A DNA stretch of 64,000 nucleotides from Chloroflexota bacterium (GCA_964291655.2 OZ219802.1:1952001-2016000), one strand, 5' to 3'. Shown: positions 19,135 through 29,616, counted from the first letter of the stretch. Translations and numbers: made by a program. The notes: generated from the sequence alone by a model not told the origin.

Positions 19135-20313
19135 ATGGATGAAATTCGCGTCGGACTGGTCGGATTGGGGCATCGCGGGCTGCACTGGCTGCGCATGCTC
19201 GAGCGCATCGAGGGCTACCGCATCACAGCGCTGTGCGATCCGATTGTGACTCTGCACGAGCGGGCGCTGGATGCCCTGGAATCGCGCGAGGGCGTGAAAG
19301 CCTACGCTAGCTACGAGGACATGCTGGGCGATCCCCAGGTGGACGCGGTGGCGGTGACGGTGCGCTGCAAAGAGCAGGGCGCGCTGGCGGCCATGGCGCT
19401 GGAGGCCGGCAAGCACGTGAATACCGAAGTACCGGCGGCGCATACCCTGGAGGACTGCTGGCGTATCGTGCTGGCGCAGGAGCGGTCGGGGCTGGTTTAC
19501 CAGCTTGGCGAGCAGACGCGCTTCTGGGGCTACATCGACGCATGGCGCAACGTGGTGCGGTCAGGTAAGTTGGGACAGATCACGTTCTGCGAAGGACAAT
19601 ACATCGGTTACTACGGCACGCGGCAGTTTTTTCAGGATCCGGCTTCCGGTGAATTCGCGTCGGTGGATGAGCTATATGAGAAACCGGGGGCGCAGCCGAC
19701 GTGGCTGCACACCATGCCGCCGATTCACTACCTGCCCCACGAGCTGAGCCCGCTGTTGAAGGTGCTGAACGACCGGGTGGTGAACGTGACCGCCATGAGC
19801 ACCGGCACGCCCAGCTACTCGCACCCCGAAATCGGCCAGCCTGATATTCAGGTTGCGCTGATGAAGACGGAGAAGGACGCCATCCTGCGGCTGGTCTGCG
19901 GCTTCACCCAGCCGGCCTCCCACGGCATGGGCCACCACTGGTTTCACATCAGCGGTACCGGCGGCGTGCTGGAGTGGAAGCGCAGCGGCAGCGGCAAGCC
20001 GCTCATGTGGCTGGCCGACGGGCAGATGCACGACCTGGCGCAGATGGACTGGGGCCACGCCCGCACCGACGCCCCGGCCGCCGCTCGCGGCAGCGGTCAC
20101 GGAGACGCCGACTACTACGTCCACGTCTCGTTCCGCGACGCCGTGCTCGGCACAACCCCCCTGGAATTCGACGTCTACCAAGCCATGGATACCGCCGCCC
20201 CCGCCATCCTCGCCGCAGACTCGATAGACCAAGGAACGGAACTGCTAGAAGTCCCCAACTTCCGCCCAGGACCGGAGCGGAGGAAAGGTGAACCGCCGTC
20301 AGTCTGCAATTAA
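19135..20313 (+). CDS. Gfo/Idh/MocA-family oxidoreductase
   Basis: GLVGLGHRG, GKHVNTEVP, PPIHYLPH, GSGHGDADY. Confidence 0.9.
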   Translation: MDEIRVGLVGLGHRGLHWLRMLERIEGYRITALCDPIVTLHERALDALESREGVKAYASYEDMLGDPQVDAVAVTVRCKEQGALAAMALEAGKHVNTEVPAAHTLEDCWRIVLAQERSGLVYQLGEQTRFWGYIDAWRNVVRSGKLGQITFCEGQYIGYYGTRQFFQDPASGEFASVDELYEKPGAQPTWLHTMPPIHYLPHELSPLLKVLNDRVVNVTAMSTGTPSYSHPEIGQPDIQVALMKTEKDAILRLVCGFTQPASHGMGHHWFHISGTGGVLEWKRSGSGKPLMWLADGQMHDLAQMDWGHARTDAPAAARGSGHGDADYYVHVSFRDAVLGTTPLEFDVYQAMDTAAPAILAADSIDQGTELLEVPNFRPGPERRKGEPPSVCN

Positions 20314-20441
20314 GCAACTTGAGGGCGGGCTGACCGGAGGCGGATTAGTTCTGGACCCATAAGCTGATTGCCGGAAAGACTGCTCCAGCCCTTAATAGAG
20401 TTCTCGCAAGGACTGCAAAACAACTCTATTCTTGGTTGGCA

Positions 20442-21596
20442 CTATTCTTCAGAGCCATTGACGTCTTGGGTGTCATCTTCATCGAGGATTACGTCTGCAA
20501 TTCTAGGGTTTAGCAAGCGCCATCGCTGTCCAAGCCTCTCCAAGTCTCCCCTCATTACAACTGGAGCCTTGGCCCCATGTGCTCGCACAGCTCGCTCATA
20601 GTCGGACTGATCCAGAACTGCCACCACTGAGCGGTTGTGCCCGTCAATGGACGCACGAATAGAGACACTCCCTTCGACTTCCTCTTCTTCACGCTTGAGG
20701 GATCGTACAATTCCAAATAGTTGCGTATCCGGTTGCGGTTCACGGTCACGAAACGACCGAGCGGCCTCACGTAGGATTGGTACATCGTCTGCGTCGAAGT
20801 TGACATTCTCGCGCGTAGTAGTCATTGGGCGAGTTCTTGCCCAAACTACGCTTGTATCTAAACTGGGAAACGGTTCAATGAGCTTAACTAGTGCTTCGCA
20901 CAAGTTGGCGCTTACGCCGCGACCAATTGCTCTAGAGAACGCTTCAGCATCTCCTGAGGCAGTTTTTTCAGTAGCCTCGCGAGCAGCCCTCAGGGCACCT
21001 GCGAGGCGCTTTGTCACTCTACGTTCAATCGGATCATCGTCGGGTTCCATTTCCGGCAGTAGGTCTTGTTGAATTCTTGGTGAAACAACGGGAGCAAGTA
21101 ACGTCAGAGCGTAACTACCGTGCTCTGTCTGTCCCAAGCGTACCCGATCCAAATAGTCGCTTGCTTCTCTGTTTGCTCCCGCCCGATACAGTGCTCTTGA
21201 CTCATTCAACGAACATGCCGCAGCTAGGATCATCTCTTGGGCGCCACTCAAGAGATTTAGCCCATCGTTCACTGGAACGTCACCACTACCTTCGCCTTCG
21301 AAAACTCTAACACGAATAACATCGCGATCAGCTGTGACCAGATCGCGATACAATGTATGCTCATCTATTTCTGCGGCCTTAGCGAACACTTGAATCAACC
21401 TCGATACGACTGTGGCGTAGTCGCCAAGTCGCTGTGTCCTCGGCAGTATAATCTCGGGTAGCTCTTCACCTGCGTAAATGTCTGAGTAATCGCCGTAATC
21501 GCCTTCCTTGTCCCAACCTGCAGAGCGCGCATAGGCCGAAAGGGCTGCAGGGGAAACAGCAGCCAACGCTTCGCTATCCTGAATGGTAGCTCTCAT
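20442..21596 (-). CDS. Conserved hypothetical protein (384 aa), partner of DUF4365
   Basis: Long intact ORF in a low-GC islet. ATGA overlap with the DUF4365 gene. Motif RVRLGQTEHGSY. Confidence 0.8.
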   Translation of the reverse strand: MRATIQDSEALAAVSPAALSAYARSAGWDKEGDYGDYSDIYAGEELPEIILPRTQRLGDYATVVSRLIQVFAKAAEIDEHTLYRDLVTADRDVIRVRVFEGEGSGDVPVNDGLNLLSGAQEMILAAACSLNESRALYRAGANREASDYLDRVRLGQTEHGSYALTLLAPVVSPRIQQDLLPEMEPDDDPIERRVTKRLAGALRAAREATEKTASGDAEAFSRAIGRGVSANLCEALVKLIEPFPSLDTSVVWARTRPMTTTRENVNFDADDVPILREAARSFRDREPQPDTQLFGIVRSLKREEEEVEGSVSIRASIDGHNRSVVAVLDQSDYERAVRAHGAKAPVVMRGDLERLGQRWRLLNPRIADVILDEDDTQDVNGSEE

Positions 21597-22093
21597 TGGA
21601 TTTTCCCTCTTTTAGACTGCTCCATCAAATTGCGCAAACTCTCGACGTCGAAGACGTTTTGCAATGGAATCGGCACCGTAATGGACTCTCTGTTCTCTGT
21701 TTCCTCAAGTCCATATAGATTTAGCCAATAGGCTCGGCGTCTCAAAACAAGCTTCTCTTTCGTGATCGTCAACCACTGTTCCTCTTCCTTTGGTAAGTCT
21801 AAAACGACTAACAGCCTTGGAGTTTGAGTGGGTCTGCGAAGTAAGTCATAGTTCCTACGTTTCAGACTAAACCGGAACAGTCCCTCCCTTGGCTTTCCCA
21901 AGTTTACAGTTGCTTTGAGCTGCAGTTCGAGAGCAGGACGCATCGCGCCACCAGCCTGGATTCGTAGGTCTATACCATCACGGTCTAGATCATATTCGGC
22001 AGTAACATAGCCGGCACGCGCGGCCACGGCTTGAACATAGGCTCGGGAAAGACCTTCTTCCTGGTCGGCAACTGTCAGAAGTGCGTCGGTCAT
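21593..22093 (-). CDS. DUF4365-family protein, PD-(D/E)XK nuclease-like
   Basis: LSRAYVQAVAARAG, DRDGIDL, ELQLKAT, NYDLLR, PRLLVVL, AYWLNL. Confidence 0.82.
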   Translation of the reverse strand: MTDALLTVADQEEGLSRAYVQAVAARAGYVTAEYDLDRDGIDLRIQAGGAMRPALELQLKATVNLGKPREGLFRFSLKRRNYDLLRRPTQTPRLLVVLDLPKEEEQWLTITKEKLVLRRRAYWLNLYGLEETENRESITVPIPLQNVFDVESLRNLMEQSKRGKIQ

Positions 22094-22186
22094 ACGGTAA
22101 GCTCCGTCTGCTTCTCAGTGTTCTCCTAAGGTACATCTATCCAAATTGACTTCAGCACTGTTAGTAGAGTGCCTGGCGGCTTCACA

Positions 22187-23014
22187 TCACTCACGCTCTC
22201 CTGAGAGATCAGCTAGCGCCGCCTTGAGGACCTGAAAACACACCTTAGCTGTGTGTTCATCAGGCGTGAAACTAGTGCTGAGCTGTTGATAGGGATGGAT
22301 GTAGTTTCGGAAGTCACGAAGGCCATGGCAAAACTTTTGCACATCGGGCTTAAGTAGCTCAATGGAGCAGGCTACGTTTATGAATTCCGCTAGAGTCCAT
22401 TGGTAGAAAGGCTTGACCTTACCATCTTGCTTTGGACTAATCGCTGACCTATTGAACTTTGCCGGATTTTGCTGAGCAGCACCAAGCAAGACTGCTTCAA
22501 GTACACTCCCGCAGAGAATTATCACTGACAAATGAGCTCCCGCGGATAGGGTAACTTGTGCTTCGCTTAAGCGTGACTCAATGATTTCTGCGACCTGCGC
22601 CTCAATCGGCAGCAGCTGAACGTTTGGAATGCTAAATTCCTTGCTTAGGAAGTACTCTCTGCCGAACCCTTCGTCAGGTTGAGAATCACCACTTAGCCTT
22701 GAGACGACTTGTCTACTCTCCTGCAAGAGGCTAGAGTCTACAGAATTTCCACTGATTGCACAGCTAGCCTCGTAGCGGTCAATCATCTCCTTAAGAACTT
22801 CAGCCACAATGTTGTCAGACTCGAGCATCCAAAAGGAGCGAAGCTTCTTGGCCTTTGAAGTCCCATAGGTTTGAAATTTCTTAGAATGGATGTCTATCTC
22901 ATGTGTTTGAAACAGCACGCCAAAAGTGTCGTCTGTATAATCAAGGACGTAACCGCCGCCCATCGACAAGATGCTCTCAAGATAGAGTCTCTCTACGTCC
23001 GTTAGACTGCTCAT
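22187..23014 (-). CDS. AbiJ-N-terminal-domain-like protein fused to a HEPN-like domain
   Basis: N-terminal MGGGYVLDY..F..IDI..GTSKAKKLRSFW. C-terminal GSVLEAVL and RDFRNYIHP (R-x-H HEPN-type motif). Confidence 0.7.
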   Translation of the reverse strand: MSSLTDVERLYLESILSMGGGYVLDYTDDTFGVLFQTHEIDIHSKKFQTYGTSKAKKLRSFWMLESDNIVAEVLKEMIDRYEASCAISGNSVDSSLLQESRQVVSRLSGDSQPDEGFGREYFLSKEFSIPNVQLLPIEAQVAEIIESRLSEAQVTLSAGAHLSVIILCGSVLEAVLLGAAQQNPAKFNRSAISPKQDGKVKPFYQWTLAEFINVACSIELLKPDVQKFCHGLRDFRNYIHPYQQLSTSFTPDEHTAKVCFQVLKAALADLSGERE

Positions 23015-23311
23015 ACTTTGATTTTCGCCTAATTCCCATGACCTTAAGTACTTGACTCTGCGTGCTGCACACTCGGCGTTGAAATCTTACAGATTCATGC
23101 TATGCATGATTCTTCCTAGCCCCTAAGATTCTATCCTATAGTCCCCCCTTTGTCGCTAGGAAACAGAATGCGATCTGAAGTCTCGCCAAGACTCTGCACT
23201 TAGTAAAGTATGGGTAGCTAGGTCGTAGGTACCACTTGGCCCATTCGACTTTAGAATGCAGGGTGAAGCCACTACATGACCCCGATACATTCATGAGGAC
23301 TAATGGCAATG

Positions 23312-24526
23312 CTACTCGGTTACCTTGCCAAATTTCCGCTTGCCGACTTGGAAGATCTGGCCCGGCTGGGCGGTGTAGGGCGTGTTGGTGTCGGTGATGC
23401 GGGTGTTGTCCAGGCGGACGCCGCCTTGTTGGACGAGGCGGCGGGCTTCGGAGCGGCTCTTGGCGAGGTTGGCGGCGATGAGGGCGTCGACGATGGTCTG
23501 TGCACTCCGTAGTGCGTCATCGAGGGCAATTATAGGAATGTCGGTTGGTAATGCGCCCTGGCGGAACATGCGCACGAACTCGGCCTCGGCGGACTGCGCG
23601 GACGCCTCATCGTGGAACTGGGTCACGATTTCGCGGGCGAGGTGGGCTTTCACATCGCGGGGATTGCGCTTTTCGGCTTCCATCTCCGTGAACATCTCGT
23701 CCAGTGTTGGCGTCGGAATGTCCGTGAGCGTTTCAAAGTAATCGCGCATCACCTCGTCGGAGAGCGACATCACCTTGCCGTACATGTCATTGGGCGCGTC
23801 GGTGATGGCCACGTAGTTGTCGTAGCTCTTGCTCATCTTGCGGGTGCCGTCGGTGCCGACGAGCAGCGGCCAGGTGAGGAACTGCTGCGGCGGCAGGTCG
23901 TGGGCGGGCATGATGTCGCGGGCCACCTGAAAGTTGAAGTACTGGTCGGTGCCGCCGAGCTCCACGTCGGCCTCGATTGCCACCGAGTCGTATGCCTGCA
24001 ACAGCGGATACAAGAATTCCACCACCGAGACCGCCTGTCCGCTGCCGTAGCGGGTGGCGAAGTCGGCACGGTCGAGCATGCGGTTCACGGTGTACTTGGC
24101 GCAGAGGCGCACCACGTCTTCCAGGGTAAAATCTTCGAACCACGACGTCTGCCAGGCCACCTCGATCTTGTCCACGTCCACGATCTTGCCCATCTGGTCG
24201 AGGTACGTCTGGGCGTTGGCGTGCACTTCCGCGGCGCTGAGCATCTGGCGCGTGTCGGAGCGTCCCGACGGATCGCCAATGCGGGCGGTCCAGTCACCGA
24301 TGATTATGATGACGTGGTGTCCCAACTCCTGGAACTGCCGGATTTTGCGGAAGCCCACCGCATGGCCCAGGTGCAGGTCGGGACGGCTGGGGTCCACGCC
24401 GAACTTTATGCGCAGCGGCTTGCCGGACCGCAGCATGCGTTCCAGGTCGGCGCGCACCACCGCATCCACCACGCCGCGGTTAAGAAGCCTTTCCAACGCC
24501 GCTTCCGATGTCTGTACCGTCGCCAT
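23312..24526 (-). CDS. tyrS: Tyrosine--tRNA ligase
   Basis: GVDPSRPDLHLGH (HIGH), YPLLQAYD, GGTDQ, KMSKS, C-terminal S4 domain. Confidence 0.98.
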   Translation of the reverse strand: MATVQTSEAALERLLNRGVVDAVVRADLERMLRSGKPLRIKFGVDPSRPDLHLGHAVGFRKIRQFQELGHHVIIIIGDWTARIGDPSGRSDTRQMLSAAEVHANAQTYLDQMGKIVDVDKIEVAWQTSWFEDFTLEDVVRLCAKYTVNRMLDRADFATRYGSGQAVSVVEFLYPLLQAYDSVAIEADVELGGTDQYFNFQVARDIMPAHDLPPQQFLTWPLLVGTDGTRKMSKSYDNYVAITDAPNDMYGKVMSLSDEVMRDYFETLTDIPTPTLDEMFTEMEAEKRNPRDVKAHLAREIVTQFHDEASAQSAEAEFVRMFRQGALPTDIPIIALDDALRSAQTIVDALIAANLAKSRSEARRLVQQGGVRLDNTRITDTNTPYTAQPGQIFQVGKRKFGKVTE

Positions 24527-24770
24527 TGCGTACTCCTCAGGTCTCGAAGGTCACATGAAAGAAATCATTAGCCGTGAAGGATTCAGATGCGATTATATAC
24601 CGCACGAGGGATTTAGCAGAATTCGCGCTTTTGCCATTGCGCGGGCCACTGCCAGTCCAGGCCGCTTTAGACTGTCGGGACCGTCGACAATCTTGCATGC
24701 CGGACAGTTGTACGGGGGACGCCATGAAGCTGACCGAACCCAATACTCGGTTGCCTGAGTTGCCAGCGGT

Positions 24771-25181
24771 CTACTTCGCCCGCCCGCGTCGTGCCGCAAC
24801 GCCGCCAAGATAGGTGGAGACCATGAACGCCACGAGCATCCCAATGGGGAACCACAGCCGCGCCGGATAGAAAACATAGAATGAATAGGCGGCCCAAATT
24901 GAAAGGAGCCCGCCGATGGCGCCGGTGACCGCGACGACTTTGCCGCGTGCGACTTTAGCCCCAACAAAGCCGCCCACCAGTCCGCCCAGGGCGCCGGCAA
25001 GTATCACCAGCACCAGGCCGTTCGTCTCAGCGGAAGCCACGCGTAGCGCGGTGGCTTCAGGCGTTTCGGGGTCCATCAATTCCGCTGGCGTGGGATAGAA
25101 CCGGTCTGCCGCCACGCTGCCAAGAAAGAATACAACGTTGGCGACGATCACGCCGAGGACTACTGCCAGAATGTTACGCAT
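24771..25181 (-). CDS. Small four-TM membrane protein of unknown function
   Basis: MRNILAVVLGVIV.., four hydrophobic segments, GAGG RBS. Confidence 0.8.
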   Translation of the reverse strand: MRNILAVVLGVIVANVVFFLGSVAADRFYPTPAELMDPETPEATALRVASAETNGLVLVILAGALGGLVGGFVGAKVARGKVVAVTGAIGGLLSIWAAYSFYVFYPARLWFPIGMLVAFMVSTYLGGVAARRGRAK

Positions 25182-25434
25182 GAGGGCCTCTTTTCCCGAT
25201 GGAAGTAGTTTCCTCCATTATATCTGTTGCAGGCATCTCCCCTTTGAGACCCTAGCGCAACTAGCTCCTGAGGGAAATGTGTTTACCCCATAGCGGGTGC
25301 ATCTCGAAGGTACCCTCGGACAGCCTGGTTGCCAAGCGGGGGACAAGACCCTAATCCGGCACATTTCCCGTTACGAGACAGTGACCAGGTGGTGCTGCCA
25401 CTTTCGCCAAAGCGCCGGGCTCGGTGAGACAGAG

Positions 25435-25468
<34 letters not shown>

Positions 25469-25699
25469 AGCCCCCGCGCTACAAGACAGAGAGGTCTTTG
25501 CGATGGTCTAGTCCTTCGACATGCAGGGTTCTTTGGCGCAGGTTGCAAACCTGCGCTACCGGAATCGGACTGCCCGGAGCCACACGCGTACAACTGATGG
25601 AGCGCCTGTGCCAACTATATCTATGTGAAGGACTGAAACTGCCATAGCTAGCGTACTGCGCCTGCACCTCATGTCTTCAAGTTTAGGACAGAACCCGCC

Positions 25700-26770
25700 T
25701 CACACTTCGCGCAGCGCCTGCACCACAGCGTCGGTGACATCCTGGGTGGTGGCGGTCCCGCCCAGGTCGGGGGTGCGTACCGTGCCGTTGGCCGTGACTG
25801 CTTCCATGGCGTCCATCACGAGTTGTCCGGCCTCGTGCTCGCCCAGGAAGTCCAGCATCATCGCGCCCGCCCAGAAAGCAGCGAGTGGATTGGCGATGTT
25901 CTGGCCGTGAATGTCCGGCGCGGAGCCGTGCACCGGCTCGAACATGGCAGGGTAGCGCCGCGTGGGATCGATGTTCGCGCTGGGCGGCAAGCCCAAGCTG
26001 CCCTGCAGCGCGCCGCCGAGGTCGGTGAGAATGTCGGCAAAGAGATTCGAGGCGACCACCACGTCAAACGACTCAGGACTGGTCACGAACCGCGCTGCGG
26101 CGGCGTCAACATGGTACTTGCTCGTTGCGATGTCGGGATACTCCTGGGCCACAGACGCAAAAACCTCGTCCCAGAAGACCATGTTGTACTGCATGGCGTT
26201 CGACTTCGTGATGCTCGTGACGCCGCTGCGCCCGTGGGACTGGGCGTAGTCGAATGCGTAGCGGATGATGCGCTCCACCGCCGTGCGGGTAAAGACGATA
26301 TTCTGCAACGCCACCTCGTGGTCGGTGCCCACGTGCACGCGCCCGCCCACGCCGGAGTACTCGCCCTCGGTATTCTCCCGCACGCAGACGAAGTCCACTT
26401 CCTCCGGCCCCTTGTCCCGCAGCGGGCCGTCAATGCCCCGCAGCAGCTTGATTGGCCGCAGGTTGACGTATTGTCGGAAGGCCTTGCGTATCGGCAGCAA
26501 CAGGCCCCACAGCGAGACGTGATCGGGCACCGTGGGATAGCCCACCGCGCCCAGATAGATGGCCTGGAACTGTTCCAGTGTCTGTAGCGCGTCGGCAGGC
26601 ATCATGAGGTCGTGCTGCAGGTAGTACTCGCAGCCCCAGGGGAAGTCGGTGTAGTTGAGCCGGTAACTGCCGGTCACGTCACCGGCGGCAGCGAGCACCT
26701 GCTGGCCGGCCGCGATTACGTCCGGCCCAATGCCATCGCCGCCGATGACGGCTATTTCGTACGTCTGCAT
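25700..26770 (-). CDS. Tartrate/D-malate dehydrogenase-like decarboxylating dehydrogenase (LeuB/Icd family)
   Basis: GDGIGP, VPDHVSLWGLL, RENTEGEY, NLFADILTD, EPVHGSAPDI. Confidence 0.92.
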   Translation of the reverse strand: MQTYEIAVIGGDGIGPDVIAAGQQVLAAAGDVTGSYRLNYTDFPWGCEYYLQHDLMMPADALQTLEQFQAIYLGAVGYPTVPDHVSLWGLLLPIRKAFRQYVNLRPIKLLRGIDGPLRDKGPEEVDFVCVRENTEGEYSGVGGRVHVGTDHEVALQNIVFTRTAVERIIRYAFDYAQSHGRSGVTSITKSNAMQYNMVFWDEVFASVAQEYPDIATSKYHVDAAAARFVTSPESFDVVVASNLFADILTDLGGALQGSLGLPPSANIDPTRRYPAMFEPVHGSAPDIHGQNIANPLAAFWAGAMMLDFLGEHEAGQLVMDAMEAVTANGTVRTPDLGGTATTQDVTDAVVQALREV

Positions 26771-26839
26771 ACGGGGTAGTCCTCCTCATCAGGTTGTCGG
26801 ATGGTATTCAGAATCGGTTTCAAAAGCGCTCGTCATTCC

Positions 26840-27106
26840 TGTAAGTGTTGAGTAATTCGCTGACGAAAACTTCTACTCACTGGACTGTGTCGAACGTACA
26901 TGTCATTCCGAGCGAAGCGTCGAACCCTGTTCGCGGAATCTAGGGTCCATGCTTCACACAGTACACTGGCTTCAGCACTCTAGATTCCGCGCTAAGAGCG
27001 ACACTTCGCTGCGCTCCGTTCGGAATGACTTGTATGCAGGCAAGCGCAGAGTCTTGCTCCTGTGATTCTTCTATCAAATCTGTCAACGAATTACCTGACT
27101 CTTGCA
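26840..27106. mobile_element. MITE family A, copy 3
   Basis: ATTCC duplicated at 26835-26839 and 27107-27111. Interrupts the REP GTCATTCCCGCGCAAGCGGGAATCC. Confidence 0.88.
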
Positions 27107-27316
27107 ATTCCCGCGCAAGCGGGAATCCATCTTCGCCGCGCACACCCTGGATTCCGGCTTTCGCCGGAATGACGATCAGAAAGCTGACCACAAACGAGGC
27201 AGCGCATAATTCCAGCGCACATCACTGCGTCGGTCAAATCAGTCCATGCTATTCTATACGAGACATTGAACCGCCCGATCACGATTGGCCCACTTGCAGC
27301 CGCGAGCAGCCGCCCT

Positions 27317-27994
27317 ATGGATAAACACACTCCCTATTATGAACTCTTGGAGGCCATCCGTGACTCCGGTTGTCCCATCTGTCGTTTGGCGATTCGCAGC
27401 GGCGACCGCTTCTTGGAGACGTACTCTTACGAACACGTCAACGACATAGAGATCCGGGACCTTGTGCGCGCGGCCAAAGGCTTCTGCCACAATCACACCT
27501 GGCGGCTCTTCCACGAACACAGCCCGCTGGGCACCGCATTGACCTACTATGACATTCTCGGCGAAGCCTCGCAGCAAATCGCCGCAGTGAGAGAACAGCA
27601 AGGCTTTCTAAGCAGCCTGGCCGGGCGCGTGCGCAAAGCGCTCACGCCGCAGGGCACGTGTCTCGGCTGCGACGCACAGAGCAACGCCGAGCAACGGCAC
27701 ATGGGACTGCTGCTGGAAACGCTGCGCGGCGACCGTGAAGCCCAAGACACGTATGGGATGTCCGACGGCCTCTGCTTGCTCCACTTGCGGGCCGCTTTGC
27801 GGTCCCGCCCCCCGCGCGACTCGACGGAAATCCTGCTGCGGGTGCAGGAAAAGCGCATCGCCGCCGTGCGTGAGCAAATGAGCGAGATCGTGCGCAAGGC
27901 CGATTATCGTGTGAAAGACCGCGTGACGCCGGAGGACATCGACAGCTTGCCCGCCGCTCTGGCGCAGGTAGTGGGTAAAGAAGCCTTGGAATAA
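27317..27994 (+). CDS. DUF6062-like protein with two CxxC...CxxH metal sites
   Basis: CPIC..GFCHNH and CLGC..GLCLLH, an internally duplicated motif. Confidence 0.75.
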   Translation: MDKHTPYYELLEAIRDSGCPICRLAIRSGDRFLETYSYEHVNDIEIRDLVRAAKGFCHNHTWRLFHEHSPLGTALTYYDILGEASQQIAAVREQQGFLSSLAGRVRKALTPQGTCLGCDAQSNAEQRHMGLLLETLRGDREAQDTYGMSDGLCLLHLRAALRSRPPRDSTEILLRVQEKRIAAVREQMSEIVRKADYRVKDRVTPEDIDSLPAALAQVVGKEALE

Positions 27995-28034
27995 GACCGC
28001 CCTGGCTTGCACCCGCAAGAGAAAGGACCGCACC

Positions 28035-28721
28035 TTGAAATACGAACGGATGTTTCCCGCCGAAGTAGAAGAACAACTCAAGACGCGGCCGATCGCCATT
28101 CTGCCGTGGGGCGCGTTGGAGTGGCACGGCTACCACCTGGCGATCGGCCAGGACGCTCTCAAGGCACAGGGCATTGCCGACCGCTGCGCCGAGGCGGCCG
28201 GCGCCATCTCGCTGCCGGTCGTGTGGTGCGGCTTCCAGACCATGAAGCCCCACGCCGGATTCAAACATACGTTGGAATTCCGCGATGAGACCGTGCGCAC
28301 GCTGGCGCGGGAGTACCTGGAGCAACTGGACGATGAGGGTTTCAAGGTCATCGTCATCATCACCGGGCACTACGGCGGGCTGCACGTGCGGGGATTGAAA
28401 GAGGTGAGCGAGTGGTACCAGCAACGACACCCCCACCTGAGAGTATGGGCCCTGCCGGAGCATGAGGTGGTGCACGACCTGGGCTACACGGGCGATCACG
28501 CCGGTAAATGGGAGACCTCGATCTTCTGGCACCTGCACCCCGAACTCACCGACGTTAGCCGCTACCGCACGGACCTTACCATGAAGGAGCAGGGCGTCGG
28601 CGGCGAAGACCCCTCCGTGCACGCGTCGCCTGAGCTTGGCGAGATGATTGTGAACGCAATCGCTGAGCGGGTGGCTGCCAGGTGCGGCGAGTTGCTGGCG
28701 GAAGTAGTGACCGACACATAG
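28035..28721 (+). CDS. Creatininase-family amidohydrolase
   Basis: PWGALEWHGYHL..GQD, TGHYG, DHAGKWETS. Confidence 0.9.
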   Translation: MKYERMFPAEVEEQLKTRPIAILPWGALEWHGYHLAIGQDALKAQGIADRCAEAAGAISLPVVWCGFQTMKPHAGFKHTLEFRDETVRTLAREYLEQLDDEGFKVIVIITGHYGGLHVRGLKEVSEWYQQRHPHLRVWALPEHEVVHDLGYTGDHAGKWETSIFWHLHPELTDVSRYRTDLTMKEQGVGGEDPSVHASPELGEMIVNAIAERVAARCGELLAEVVTDT

Positions 28722-28726
28722 GCGCG

Positions 28727-29278
28727 CTAGAACTCGCCGTTGCACGTTTCAGCGTCCCAGAGCCCGCGCCCTGCGGCGCGCGCCTCCGCCTCAGCCGCTT
28801 TGAACGTCGCCTGGTACCGATACGGCGCGCTGTAGGTAAACTCGCGCGCGTAACCCTGGCGGATCACCCACTCGTTGTAGAGCACGTCGTCCACCCACGC
28901 GTACGCCAGCAGACGGTCGAAACGATCACGCCGGCCCTGCGACTCATCATATTCCAGCCGCACGGCCTTGCCGGCCAGCAACTCCTTGGCTTTGGCGGTG
29001 GCTTCCGGGCCAAAGCACTGTACGGGCCGTCCCGGCGCATTCGTTTCCGGCGCGTCTATGCCGATGAGGCGCACGGACTCGAGTCTGCCGCTCATACGCA
29101 CTTTGACGGTGTCGCCGTCTACGACGGAGACGACCGGGTAGCTGCCGTCGGCATCGCCCCACGTGGTGAATGCCCTGCCAAGCAGAATCCCTGCGATGAG
29201 AACAAGGAGCAAGAACCGCCAGCCGAAGAGCCGTCCTTTGCTCCTTGGCGCAAAGCGCCGTCTGCGTGTCACTGGCAC
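28727..29278 (-). CDS. Thermonuclease (SNase-like), membrane-anchored or secreted
   Basis: VVDGDT, VRLIGIDAPE, DRFDRLLAY, AEARAAGRGLW. Confidence 0.93.
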   Translation of the reverse strand: MPVTRRRRFAPRSKGRLFGWRFLLLVLIAGILLGRAFTTWGDADGSYPVVSVVDGDTVKVRMSGRLESVRLIGIDAPETNAPGRPVQCFGPEATAKAKELLAGKAVRLEYDESQGRRDRFDRLLAYAWVDDVLYNEWVIRQGYAREFTYSAPYRYQATFKAAEAEARAAGRGLWDAETCNGEF

Positions 29279-29477
29279 TCGCTACTCTTTCCACGAAGTC
29301 ATTTCACCTGCCAATACTAGCAGCACTCCCCCCTGAAGACGTGACTTAGCCGCGATAGCCCCAGCTTAGAATCCGGCATAGATCGGATTACGGGAATCTC
29401 CCCCTCACCCCGACCCTCTCCCGCCGGGAGAGGGAGGTTTTCTCGCCTGCAGGTGCGTTTCGCAATGGTCTCCCCAG

Positions 29478-29616
29478 AAGGCTTTTGCATAACTCTTCAC
29501 CTTTGAGGGGGAAGGTTGGGATGGGGGTGAATTGACTTGACATTATGCTTTCTTTAGTTGTAAAGGCGCTCTGGATTCCGGCTTTCGCCGGAATGACGGA
29601 GTTACGCAAAAGTCTC
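29478..29616. mobile_element. MITE family B variant (GAGACCTTTGC-type TIR)
   Basis: AAGGCTTTTGCATAACTC..GAGTTACGCAAAAGTCTC, flanked by CCCAG on both sides. Confidence 0.65.

Noticed and set aside
24530-24770. T-box leader for tyrS
   Set aside because: No T-box antiterminator consensus was found, and a TATAAT lies only about 70 bp upstream of the start.
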